Translations under genes and position numbers: made by a program
The notes under the pieces: generated by a model
What the model saw: the letters and a program-made list of their open reading frames with translations, nothing else
Databases searched by the model: none
Told to the model about the DNA's origin: nothing
From: a virus
Taxonomy: Duplodnaviria > Caudoviricetes
Virus record (IMG/VR): IMGVR_UViG_3300014204_000110
DNA length: 64,000 bases
Strand: one strand, 5' to 3'
Shown here: positions 29,012-38,874 of the stretch, piece by piece
Layout of the letters: the number at the start of each line of letters is the position of its first letter
Position numbering within the stretch: the stretch's first letter is position 1

Positions 29012-30022
29012 CTATGCTACTTGTTTATGTTTGATTGAACTATAAAGTGAAGCTCCAATGAATCCTACACCAATAAGTCCAGTAATTACTTCTGGAACTT
29101 TAATAAAAGTGTCCATAAACATTATAATAGCAAGAGCACCAATTGCCCAATGCGCTCCATGTTCTAGATATATAAACTCTTTGAGAGTCTTTTTATCTAC
29201 AAGATATATTGTAAGACTTCTTACAAACATGGCACCGATACCAAGACCAATAGCTATAAGAACTATATCTTTACTAAGAGCAAATGCTCCAATAACACCA
29301 TCAAATGAGAAACTTGCATCAATGAGTTCTAGATATAAAAATAGAACAACACCAGCATGTTTAATAAGCTTTTCTTCACCTTTAAGTATAAATTCGCTAA
29401 GTTTATCTATAACTATAAATAAAGCTACTCCACTAATTGATGAAAAAGCTAGAATACTTTGTACATTTTTTGGAGATATATTTAATATTGTTACTAATAT
29501 TGTCATATATATTAATAAAGGCCAAGTTAAATTCCATCCATTTATTAATTTAATATAATGTTTTTCTCCAGGTAACCAGTGTGTTTCTTTTTCTTTATCA
29601 AATATAAAAGTAAGAAAAATCATAAGTAAGAAACTACCACCAAACATAGATATGAGATTATTACATGATTCTAGATGATGACTATAAGCCAACCCATCAA
29701 ATAAAGCTAACTTAACTGTTTCTAGTAAATTAATACCAGCAAATATACTTACAAGTACAATTGGAAATATAAGTCTCATTCCAAATACTGCTACAAGTAT
29801 TCCCCACGTAAGAAATCTACGTTGCCATATTTTAGGCATAAGTTCAAGTTTTGTTGCATTTATAACGGCGTTATCAAAACTAAGACTTACCTCAAGTACT
29901 CCAAGAAACAAAGCAAGTAAGCTATAAGATAATCCAGTCTGGAGATCTATACGAAGTCCCCATAAAAATGCTAAAATTACTCCAATTACTGTAATAATAA
30001 ATGACATTTTAAAGTACTTCAC
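29012..30022 (-). CDS. TerC-family (DUF475) integral membrane protein
   Basis: LEVSLSFDNAVINA, FLYLELIDASFSFDGVIGAFA, YLEHGAHWAIG. Confidence 0.92.
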   Translation of the reverse strand: MKYFKMSFIITVIGVILAFLWGLRIDLQTGLSYSLLALFLGVLEVSLSFDNAVINATKLELMPKIWQRRFLTWGILVAVFGMRLIFPIVLVSIFAGINLLETVKLALFDGLAYSHHLESCNNLISMFGGSFLLMIFLTFIFDKEKETHWLPGEKHYIKLINGWNLTWPLLIYMTILVTILNISPKNVQSILAFSSISGVALFIVIDKLSEFILKGEEKLIKHAGVVLFLYLELIDASFSFDGVIGAFALSKDIVLIAIGLGIGAMFVRSLTIYLVDKKTLKEFIYLEHGAHWAIGALAIIMFMDTFIKVPEVITGLIGVGFIGASLYSSIKHKQVA

Positions 30023-30429
30023 AAAGATCTCCTTATTTAAGTTTCAAAGTGTTCGTGTATTTTTAGTATTAAACCTATGCCAAAAATTATTAAACAAATA
30101 CTATTTATGATTAATGGATATATTAAATCTGGTATTTTATCTATCATACTAAGCTGAAAAATAACAGTTACTAAATTTAATATAAAAAATGTTAAATTAT
30201 ATAACATATATTACCTACTTAAATATTTTAAAAAATAATGCTTGTTCTTCAATTGAATTTGGTGTAAATAAACAGATTATTAATGAAATTATAAATACTA
30301 TCAATGATTCTTTCCAAAATGATTTATCATTTAAAATAAATAAAACAAATGAAATAAATGATAAATAAAATACTATTGTTGCAGTGTTATTTAAAGATAA
30401 TATTAAAAATTTCATAATAATCTCCTTAA

Positions 30430-30654
30430 TTACTTCTTTTTACGTTCAAGTTCAATCTTAAGTTTTTCTCCAGCAATACTTTCGACTGTTGCTGTTCCAA
30501 TAAATGGAATATTGAACTTTTTAGATACAATGTGTCCTCCAGATTGACCAGCCATTTTAAATAGTTTCTTCTGGAGACCAGTAAGCGAAAGAATGATAGC
30601 AATAACAATAACCCAACCAAGTAGGGCAATTGACCAACCAATTAATGTAAACAT
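30430..30654 (-). CDS. small membrane-anchored protein
   Basis: N-terminal TM, AAGGAG RBS. Confidence 0.6.
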   Translation of the reverse strand: MFTLIGWSIALLGWVIVIAIILSLTGLQKKLFKMAGQSGGHIVSKKFNIPFIGTATVESIAGEKLKIELERKKK

Positions 30655-30674
30655 AATTTCTCCTTAAATGAAAT

Positions 30675-30707
30675 AAAAAAGGGAACCGACCGTTAAGTCA
30701 GTTCCCT
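30675..30707 (-). terminator. intrinsic terminator
   Basis: AGGGAACUGAC-UUAACG-GUCGGUUCCCU followed by U-run. Confidence 0.8.
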
Positions 30708-30730
30708 AATGTTATAATAGTATGTATTAA

Positions 30731-31138
30731 TTAGATACCAAGTGACTTGAGAGCAGCATCAAAAGCAGGATCAATTGAAATTGCTTTTGCACGTACTGCA
30801 ACAAGTACTGCACGTTCAGTAGCATCAACACCACCATCCTTCATAAGAAGGTCTGTAAGCCACTGTGCTTCAGTAGCATCGATAACTCCAGGCGAACCTG
30901 CATCGTTAAGCGTAGCGTCACATACTGCGTCTGACATGAGTGTTACGAATGAAGGATCAACGTTACCTGAACACGCATCGTTGATCTGAAACAATGCTTC
31001 AACTTCTTCTTTTGAAACTACGCTATCTGCATAGATTTCTGTACGAAGCTGTGTGACTTCATCTGCATCAACTTTACCATCTGCAATTACTGCCGCTACG
31101 AGATCTTTAAGAGACATGAAATACTCCTTAAGAGACAT
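30731..31138 (-). CDS. TerB-like tellurite-resistance domain protein
   Basis: ADGKVDADEV..ADSVVSKEE..DGGVDATE repeats. Confidence 0.75.
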   Translation of the reverse strand: MSLKEYFMSLKDLVAAVIADGKVDADEVTQLRTEIYADSVVSKEEVEALFQINDACSGNVDPSFVTLMSDAVCDATLNDAGSPGVIDATEAQWLTDLLMKDGGVDATERAVLVAVRAKAISIDPAFDAALKSLGI

Positions 31139-31152
31139 GAAATACTCCTTAA
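31107..31152. repeat. 21-bp tandem duplication of RBS and start codon
   Basis: ttaagagacatgaaatactcc x2 (+ttaa). Confidence 0.95.
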
Positions 31153-31288
31153 ATTGAAGTTAAAGGTAATTGATAAATAATACTAATTCAAAAAAATATA
31201 AAATACTATATTTATGGTTGTTTTACATCCAAATTAGTAGCTATGCTTCTAATCTATAGTATTTTATTAGTTACCAGCAATATTAAAT

Positions 31289-31855
31289 TTACTTTGTGAG
31301 AGCGTTAGCGCCAGGAATAGTTGTAACCAGTGTATCTAGAGACATGATTTTACCAACATTGATAAACTCTGCTCCAATTGCGCCATTCTTAATTGTACAA
31401 AGATGTGCTGCTACACCAGTTTCTGTACTATTAAGCTGACCCTGTACAAGACAACTTCCATCTTCTTTTACCATATTGATGCTTGCGTCGTAATTTGAAA
31501 AGCTTACGCTATTACCTTCACTTGCATCTGTGTAGTTAAGACAAACTATGTATAGTTCATCTACTGAAGCATCGATTTTATTAATGGTGATAAATTCTTC
31601 TTTATCACCATCTTTTAAATCAACACCAGCATCATCTTCCATATTAATAAATGGAAAAGAATTTAGATCTCCTTGGCTTCCTCCAAGTCTTTTTGTAAAA
31701 ATACTGAAATTACTTCCATCCTTGTTTTTTCCAAAAAGCATTAAGTCTAGGTCTACTTTAGCTTTCCACTGAAGTACAATTCGCATCTGCTTAATTGTAC
31801 CAACTGATGCACTTGCGTTCTTATCTTTAAGAACGATTTTTGGTTTAAGTTCCAC
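31289..31855 (-). CDS. TerD/TerA-family stress protein
   Basis: LQW...VDLDL, GDLNSFPFINMEDDAGV, EEFITI, FSNYDA. Confidence 0.75.
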   Translation of the reverse strand: MELKPKIVLKDKNASASVGTIKQMRIVLQWKAKVDLDLMLFGKNKDGSNFSIFTKRLGGSQGDLNSFPFINMEDDAGVDLKDGDKEEFITINKIDASVDELYIVCLNYTDASEGNSVSFSNYDASINMVKEDGSCLVQGQLNSTETGVAAHLCTIKNGAIGAEFINVGKIMSLDTLVTTIPGANALTK

Positions 31856-31904
31856 AACTTACTCCTTGTTAAAGTTAAATGTATCAGAAAAATTAAAAAT
31901 AAAA

Positions 31905-32603
31905 TTAAAGTATTCCAACTTGTTTAGCAGCATTCTGCCAGATATCGTATTCTTCAAGAAGAGCTTTATACAGATCTTCATCTGAAGTTTTATTGATATC
32001 TTTGATTCTCTGAAAATTAGCATTATCTATTTTACGACCTGACATTGTATCAAGCTGTTCTAGATAGCTCATTCCAGCCGTTCCAATACCAATAAATTTG
32101 AAGAAAATATTATATTTTGATATTTCCTTCATATATTTAGTTGTATCACTTCGATCACTGTTATCACCATCTGTTACAAAAATAACAAATGTTGGTATTT
32201 TTGATAGATTTTGTTCGACGTAATAGTCAAAAATCTTTGCTATAACAGGACAATATTCTGTACCATTCCATTCTGCTTTTGGAACAATATTTTTATTTAC
32301 GAAATCGACGATATTACCAAGACCGACATTTGAGCATGATTCACATCGTCCTGAAAATCTGAATGTTTCCATTTCACCATTATCATCGAATTTAAGTGCA
32401 AGTGGCATCATTCGTTCAACTGTTTTCTGAACAGTTCCATTTGAAAATTCATCTTGCATACTTCCAGAAACGTCAATCACAAATGCAACTCTTGCTTGAG
32501 TTACTGCAAGTGATTTTGTTTTAAGAACAGCTTCAAATGTCTTTTCCCGAAGTTTGATCCCATCAGTAACTTCAGTTTTCTTACCAAAATCAAATAGTCC
32601 CAT
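31905..32603 (-). CDS. Ter-associated vWA protein
   Basis: IDVSGSM, FDDNG, PTFVIFVTDG, FFKFIGIG, LEQLD...R.IDNANF. Confidence 0.88.
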   Translation of the reverse strand: MGLFDFGKKTEVTDGIKLREKTFEAVLKTKSLAVTQARVAFVIDVSGSMQDEFSNGTVQKTVERMMPLALKFDDNGEMETFRFSGRCESCSNVGLGNIVDFVNKNIVPKAEWNGTEYCPVIAKIFDYYVEQNLSKIPTFVIFVTDGDNSDRSDTTKYMKEISKYNIFFKFIGIGTAGMSYLEQLDTMSGRKIDNANFQRIKDINKTSDEDLYKALLEEYDIWQNAAKQVGIL

Positions 32604-32626
32604 ATAGATCTCCTTATGTTAAAAGT

Positions 32627-33232
32627 TTATAAAGACAAAGCTAATTTAATATCATCTATGAATTTAATATCAAAAGATTGGTTATTGGCTGGAATGAATT
32701 TACCATAAGTTCTAAGAAGAAAGCTTGGGTGATATGTAGGAAGATATTGATATTTTACATCATTAATTCTTATTGGATATATACTTCCACGAATCTTTCC
32801 AATACCAAGATCTCCAAAATTATAAAATGTAGATGCTGCACAACGGCCAAGAGGAATAATTACTTTAGGTTTTAATCTATCGATATCATGTTCTAGATGA
32901 TGTTTACACAAACTTATTTCATCTAAAGTTGGTTCACGATTACGATTGTTACTATCAAGTGGATGATTTCTCACGTTATTTGTAAGAGCAATATTAAATA
33001 TTTTGTAAGTATCCCAAAGATGTTTAATTACTGATCGAAGATAACATCCAGCGGGTCCTACAAACGCTTGTTTTAATTCACTTTCACGTACCCCAGATCC
33101 GATTCCGTAGAAGAGTATATCTATTTGTTTATCATTATGTTTGATAACTTCAGTTGGAAGTCGATCACAATTATATATATATTGACATTTAGCAGGACAT
33201 TCTTTTTCTAAGTTTAGAAAGGTTTTTTCCAT
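32627..33232 (-). CDS. uracil-DNA glycosylase family 4-like
   Basis: AFVGPAG, TNNV, NREPT..E...C, LGR.A, TYHPS. Confidence 0.85.
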   Translation of the reverse strand: MEKTFLNLEKECPAKCQYIYNCDRLPTEVIKHNDKQIDILFYGIGSGVRESELKQAFVGPAGCYLRSVIKHLWDTYKIFNIALTNNVRNHPLDSNNRNREPTLDEISLCKHHLEHDIDRLKPKVIIPLGRCAASTFYNFGDLGIGKIRGSIYPIRINDVKYQYLPTYHPSFLLRTYGKFIPANNQSFDIKFIDDIKLALSL

Positions 33233-33334
33233 TGAATATTGCTCTTTTTATATTTATAATTTTAAAAATAAATTGTTCAATAAAATTAAAAATAAAATTA
33301 AGCATTGGATTTTCTCTTGTATGATAAGATCTCA

Positions 33335-33586
33335 TTATTGATCCTTAACATCTATTGGTTGATAAAGATAAAATCCTATTAATACAATTGGTACAACTAC
33401 TGTTTCGATAAATATAATGCTTAATGCTACATTACCTGGAGATACATTATAATTTATATCTTTACTCATTTCTTGAGTAGTAAAAAGTCCTTTTGGTTCA
33501 TAATTTTTACCATTAATGTTTCTAACTGATGTACAACTTGTTAAAAACATACATGAAATTAGTAAAACTAACAAAAACTTTTTCAT
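33335..33586 (-). CDS. putative lipoprotein
   Basis: Signal peptide with LTSC lipobox, C-terminal TM. Confidence 0.6.
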   Translation of the reverse strand: MKKFLLVLLISCMFLTSCTSVRNINGKNYEPKGLFTTQEMSKDINYNVSPGNVALSIIFIETVVVPIVLIGFYLYQPIDVKDQ

Positions 33587-34214
33587 GATTTTAATCCTTT
33601 TTTAGTTTGTTTATTAATTTTAAATAAATTTTTTATATTTCTATCAAGTATTTTAGATAGTTCTTTATTAGTTTCATTTATAATAGTAGGTGTTAAACCT
33701 GATTCACCTTGTGTTAAAGTTATATTAATTTCATTTAAAATTTCATATTTTGATATTTCTTTAATTTGATATTCTTTATTTTTTATATAAAATTTTATAG
33801 TTGTAGATTTTCGATCAATTGATTGTATTTCTTTTTGAAGTAATTTTATCAATTTTTCTACTGTTATAGTCATACTTTTATCCTTTCACTTATTAGTTTC
33901 TAAATTAAATGAAGTATTAATTATATTTTCAACTTCATTAAGAGATTCTTCTATTTTTGAAATTTTATCTTGAAATTTTTCTTTTATTAATTCTTTTGTT
34001 TTTTCTAATATATATTTATTAATATTATTTTCCCATTGTTCTATAACTTTTGTAATATCTAATTCAACTCCATCAACTAATAATTGAACATTATATTCTT
34101 CTTTAGCAGGAGTGATAACTTCAGTCCAATCTTTACCACATATTGTATATGCTAATGAATGCATTACAACATGAGATAAAGTAGAATATTCTGTTAATAC
34201 TTTATTTTCTAAAA

Positions 34215-34589
34215 TCATAATTTTCTACAATCTATTTGTTGAAGTGAATCATTCGTTGAAAAATAAATTTTCTTAATTTTTACAAACGTTATATAAGAAA
34301 AACAATTCGGACAAGGTTTAGATAATACTAACTGACCTTTAGCATTTATTCTTACAACTAGAAGTGACATTCCTTTGATATCTCGTTTAGCATTTAATAT
34401 AGCTGCTACTTCAGCATGTATACTATTAGGATATCTTTGATATTTCTTAAGAAGATGCTTAACTGAACGTTGTGCTGTGTTATGACCTCTAGAAATAATC
34501 TTATTTTTATCAAATATCACGCATCCAACTTGCATTTTATAAGTACTACGTCTAGCTTCAATTATCGCTTGCTTAAGTAGTGAATTCAT
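34215..34589 (-). CDS. CMP/dCMP-type zinc deaminase
   Basis: HAE ... SKPCPNC. Confidence 0.85.
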   Translation of the reverse strand: MNSLLKQAIIEARRSTYKMQVGCVIFDKNKIISRGHNTAQRSVKHLLKKYQRYPNSIHAEVAAILNAKRDIKGMSLLVVRINAKGQLVLSKPCPNCFSYITFVKIKKIYFSTNDSLQQIDCRKL

Positions 34590-35211
34590 AATTATTTAAT
34601 TATTTTTTGAAGTATTATATTATTAGTTTTCATAGAATTTATTAGATTATTTGATTTTAATAATATTTCATCTTTAGATTTAACTACTGTTGGACAAAAA
34701 TCACAAACACATATATGATCATGAATATGTTTAACTTCTTTTAATGATATTCTTACGGCTAAATCTGGTCCTACACCAGAATATATTATATTTTCAAGTG
34801 TATGTATATTTAATGCATTATCTTTAAATTTCCATTGTAATTTATTTATTTGATAATCTAATTGTGGTATTTCTTTAAAGAATACTTCAAAATTAAATCT
34901 ATGCATAATATTTCCTATTATTTTAAGTTTCTGTAAGTTCAGCAATTCTTTTAAATATATGACTTATATTATCGCATATACCATTGAGTTGTCTTTTAAA
35001 TTCAGGATCATCTGGAAGATGTAATTGGCGTTTTAAACTTCCATCAAGATCTCCTACTGAATCAAGTAAAAGTTTATTTATCTGTTCAGTATAACTATCT
35101 TTGTCATATGCTATTTTAGGAGTCATTTCTGGATTAGTATAACAAAGTATTGCTCTTATAGTTGCAGCTGTTGTATAAATAGTTTTCATAATTTACCTTT
35201 TTTAGAAAATA

Positions 35212-35440
35212 TAATATAATTATAACGTGTTGTTACACCAAAGAAACTTACCCATTGGGTGGAAGTCTTTAACTTCACTTACTCCTATTTTACCAACAGC
35301 ACATCATCTATATATACCTTGAATAATTTTTATGTATTATGAATTACCCATTAGATATTTGTAGACATATCGCACTAGTTGGTAGTTCGTCTCACTCATT
35401 AAAGATGGCTACTTCTAAGCCTACTATTATAATTATATTA
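35212..35440 (-). ncRNA. 23S rRNA H43/H44 (GTPase centre)-like RNA, copy 2
   Basis: 14-bp closing stem; GUAGGCUUAGAAGUAGCCAUCUUUAAUGAG ... UUUGGUGUAACAACAC. Confidence 0.65.
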
Positions 35441-35877
35441 AGATACTAATCTCATCGAGATCCCATCGACAGCATCGCTGCAGGATTGTCCTTGTTTGAT
35501 AACCCAATGTAAAAGATCGGATTAGATATGCATAATTTTAAATAGAATATACTCTTATTGCCACGTATGATATTACATATCCCGTAAAGAGAAGGTACAT
35601 TCTTCTTGTATAGAGTGTGCTGAAGCCATAACAATGGTTACATAACTCCACTATATTCTATTAAAATATAATAGCACGACTTATACGGCTGATAGATTTA
35701 TCACAATTAAGTGGCCAGACGGATAGCCTGGTTATTTTCTTATCGATGTAAGGATTAATTGTCTAACTATTTTTTCCGCGTTTGCCTGTCGTGCATGTAA
35801 ATATACAATAGTTCAGAATTTCACTGTAAACCTTACGTTTCAATAAAGACTATAACTGTTATTGTATATTTATTTTT

Positions 35878-36462
35878 TTAGTTATCAAATACTTGTTCAG
35901 CGGTCATTCCAGATACCTTACTTTCTGAAACATCTGCAACAACAGTAGTTCTTTTTCGTTTATCTGAAGCATCTGCAGCTCTTGCTAATGCTCCAATTGC
36001 ACCTGCAACTTTACTATTTGTACTATCATATGCTGGTTTAGAATCTAGTTCTTCACCAGCTATATTTAAAGATTCTATAACAGCGTTACAAATACCTTTA
36101 TTAGTAATGTTTTTAAATTGTTTTGTTCCATTCTTTTCATTAAGAAAAGAATTAATTGAAATAAATTTGTTTTTATTTGGTTGCTTAATTTCTCTTGATT
36201 GTATTGTAAGAGGACCCATTATATGACTTAGATCAGCTGTTGCAAAATCTCCATCTATTTGTACATTATCTGCTCTGAATATAATTGTTTCTCCAAAACC
36301 AATAATTCTTACATCATTACCATTCTTATTTGTGCTGAGATCTCCAATCCAACTTCTTAATTGGCTTGCTACAACATATTTATGGTCATCTGTAAGAAGT
36401 CCAGTAACTAAACTAATGTTACCAAGACCATCGATCATTTCAACACCTTTAACTTTGAACAT
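35878..36462 (-). CDS. hypothetical protein
   Basis: ORF; probable start MFKVKG after GGAGG. Confidence 0.65.
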   Translation of the reverse strand: MFKVKGVEMIDGLGNISLVTGLLTDDHKYVVASQLRSWIGDLSTNKNGNDVRIIGFGETIIFRADNVQIDGDFATADLSHIMGPLTIQSREIKQPNKNKFISINSFLNEKNGTKQFKNITNKGICNAVIESLNIAGEELDSKPAYDSTNSKVAGAIGALARAADASDKRKRTTVVADVSESKVSGMTAEQVFDN

Positions 36463-36497
36463 AAAAACCTCCAAATAAAGAGTAATATAAAATGCTG

Positions 36498-36935
36498 TTA
36501 CAAACAATTTATAACAGCTGGAATTTTATCTGTAATCGAAAGAATTAAAGGACAATAACTTTCTCTACTTTTTGTATAACCACACATAAGTATCTCTGGA
36601 ACGTTTTTACATCCAACAACCAGAAGACTATGTGAGTTATTATTTTTAATAAATGCTACATACCCTTTAGATATATCAAACATATCTTTAAGATAAACTG
36701 TATTTTTGTTACTTACAAATCCAATGATTTTAGTAAGTAGTAATTTATCTTTAAATGACAGTAAAATGTCTTTTATACATGAAGGATCTTTTTGTAACAT
36801 AGACCAATATCTAGATATGTGGTCGTTTTGTCGATCAAATGTTATTGTATTTTTCCAAACGTTCTCACCATTCGGACATATATTTATTATTTTTTCTTTA
36901 CTACAAATTAACTTAGTTATTCCTCTGCGCGCCAT
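36498..36935 (-). CDS. hypothetical protein
   Basis: 145 aa ORF. Confidence 0.55.
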   Translation of the reverse strand: MARRGITKLICSKEKIINICPNGENVWKNTITFDRQNDHISRYWSMLQKDPSCIKDILLSFKDKLLLTKIIGFVSNKNTVYLKDMFDISKGYVAFIKNNNSHSLLVVGCKNVPEILMCGYTKSRESYCPLILSITDKIPAVINCL

Positions 36936-38821
36936 ACACCAATTCTCCCGTTAAGATGTGACTGCTCTCCTGTATGACTATCAAACTCACTAAGATCACT
37001 GTAATCATCACTATCAATGTCTGTTTCTATCATACTATCAAAATTTGATATTCCAGATCTTATATTTTCAACTGCTTCTTCATTATAATGATGTTTGTTA
37101 TTTAATACATTGCAACTTGAAAGTATTGTATAGAATGTTTCATAGTTACTTTCTCTTGTTCTTGATACTTTAGCTGAAGCTTCCCACCAATTACATAATG
37201 GAACTTTAATTACGTTAAATTCTTCCCAAGATTGCCAAGTATCCCAATATAAACTATTGTCTAGAATATTACTTGCAAATAATTTTGCTGATGTAAGAAT
37301 TCCATCACCAAGATTAAAATCGTTTCCTCCAAGTTCAAGAATATCATCATAATTATTCATAAGTACACTATCTACTGGTAATGTACTTATATTATTAAGC
37401 CAATCATAAAACATTCTTGGATTGTCTTCAATGAAACTATCTTTATAATGTTCCCAACAATTGAGTATTTCACCAATACTCCAACGTTGTCCAACTTTGA
37501 GAATGTCACAAAATTGATTCCATCCTCCACAGATGTCTAGTTGATTAAAATCTTTATCTTGTTGTATAATCTTTTTAATATTAATCATTGTTGGATAAAG
37601 ATTATTAATTGATTCTGCTTTATCTGAATCAAGATTATATAAAATACTATCTATATATTCTTTCTTGTATTCAGCTGGAAGATCAATTAAACTTTTATCA
37701 TTAAATAACTTAATGTTATAATTTTGTTTTTGTTTAATAAGATCTACTAGAAATTGTGGAAATATTGCATTTTTATTTAAGATACCTTCTTTTAATGCAC
37801 GTTTAACGAGCATTATTACCCACCAATAACGTTCATTGGTATTATAATATTCTTTTTTAGTTATTTTAGTTAGCTGTGGATGATTAAGAATCCAATTAAG
37901 TATATTTTCTTTGTATAATTTAATCATTTCTTTTGGTAATATTTTTGTAACGTTATTTTCAATCCAAGATACTTTACCAATGTAATCATAAAGTTCAAAG
38001 AAATATTTAAAATTAATATATCCTTTATATATATTTTTTAAATTATCAATAGAGGTTTTACCCATAAAGTTTCTTTTTACTTCATGAGCTATAAAATTAT
38101 TACTCATTAATGTCCAGAGATTTATAAATTCTCCATTTTTTACTGCTATCATAGCATCTGACATTATAGATGCTATTTGTTTATTTTTAAAGAAAGTACT
38201 TGCAAAATTAATTATTTCATCATTTGATGCAAAACCAATGTATAATTCTTTTTTAATTGGTTTTTCTTGTCTATAAGTATAATTCTTCCAATTTGGAAGA
38301 CCAATATAACTTTTCATACAAGCATGTATTGTCATGTTTGTATTTTTATCAAACATTCCATAAATACCACCTTGACAGTATTCTACTTGAGATATACCAT
38401 GAAACTTTTCTATATTCCATGAAGTGCCTATAAGAAATGGATTGTATTCTCCGAATACTTCTCCTACTTGATCTATGTTATTAATGTCATTATTTTTATT
38501 TGGAATGTTAAATTCTGAAGTTGAATATAGAGGATGTATATCTGCAGGAAAACTTCTGAAATCAAACTGTTTTCCAGATTGATGTTGAGTTAAGTTTTCA
38601 ATTGTTGTAGACATTTCACCAATTTTAATTGGATCAAGTCTATTAGTATGTTGATAATTTATATCACCATTACTATCAAATTCTGGGTATAAATTGTATA
38701 CATCTTTTCTTTTCTTACCACAACCAAGGTCTATTTCATTACCAAATTCATCTGTTTTTATTATTCTAAATATACATTTTAACTTACCTAGCCTACTGTT
38801 TTTACATTCAAGTACGTTCAT
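36917..38821 (-). CDS. large hypothetical protein
   Basis: 634 aa ORF with AGGAG RBS; no recognisable motif. Confidence 0.75.
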   Translation of the reverse strand: MNVLECKNSRLGKLKCIFRIIKTDEFGNEIDLGCGKKRKDVYNLYPEFDSNGDINYQHTNRLDPIKIGEMSTTIENLTQHQSGKQFDFRSFPADIHPLYSTSEFNIPNKNNDINNIDQVGEVFGEYNPFLIGTSWNIEKFHGISQVEYCQGGIYGMFDKNTNMTIHACMKSYIGLPNWKNYTYRQEKPIKKELYIGFASNDEIINFASTFFKNKQIASIMSDAMIAVKNGEFINLWTLMSNNFIAHEVKRNFMGKTSIDNLKNIYKGYINFKYFFELYDYIGKVSWIENNVTKILPKEMIKLYKENILNWILNHPQLTKITKKEYYNTNERYWWVIMLVKRALKEGILNKNAIFPQFLVDLIKQKQNYNIKLFNDKSLIDLPAEYKKEYIDSILYNLDSDKAESINNLYPTMINIKKIIQQDKDFNQLDICGGWNQFCDILKVGQRWSIGEILNCWEHYKDSFIEDNPRMFYDWLNNISTLPVDSVLMNNYDDILELGGNDFNLGDGILTSAKLFASNILDNSLYWDTWQSWEEFNVIKVPLCNWWEASAKVSRTRESNYETFYTILSSCNVLNNKHHYNEEAVENIRSGISNFDSMIETDIDSDDYSDLSEFDSHTGEQSHLNGRIGVWRAEE

Positions 38822-38874
38822 ACATTCTCCTAGGTTTTGATAGAAAAGTTATATACGAAAAATTAAAAATAAAA

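Noticed and set aside
35212-35440. rRNA gene or host contamination
   Set aside because: Similarity is limited to two short boxes split by an insert and closed by a private stem; a diverged second copy exists.
35674-35794. c-di-GMP-I riboswitch (GGCAAAC) or self-cleaving ribozyme
   Set aside because: The remaining consensus elements could not be found by eye.
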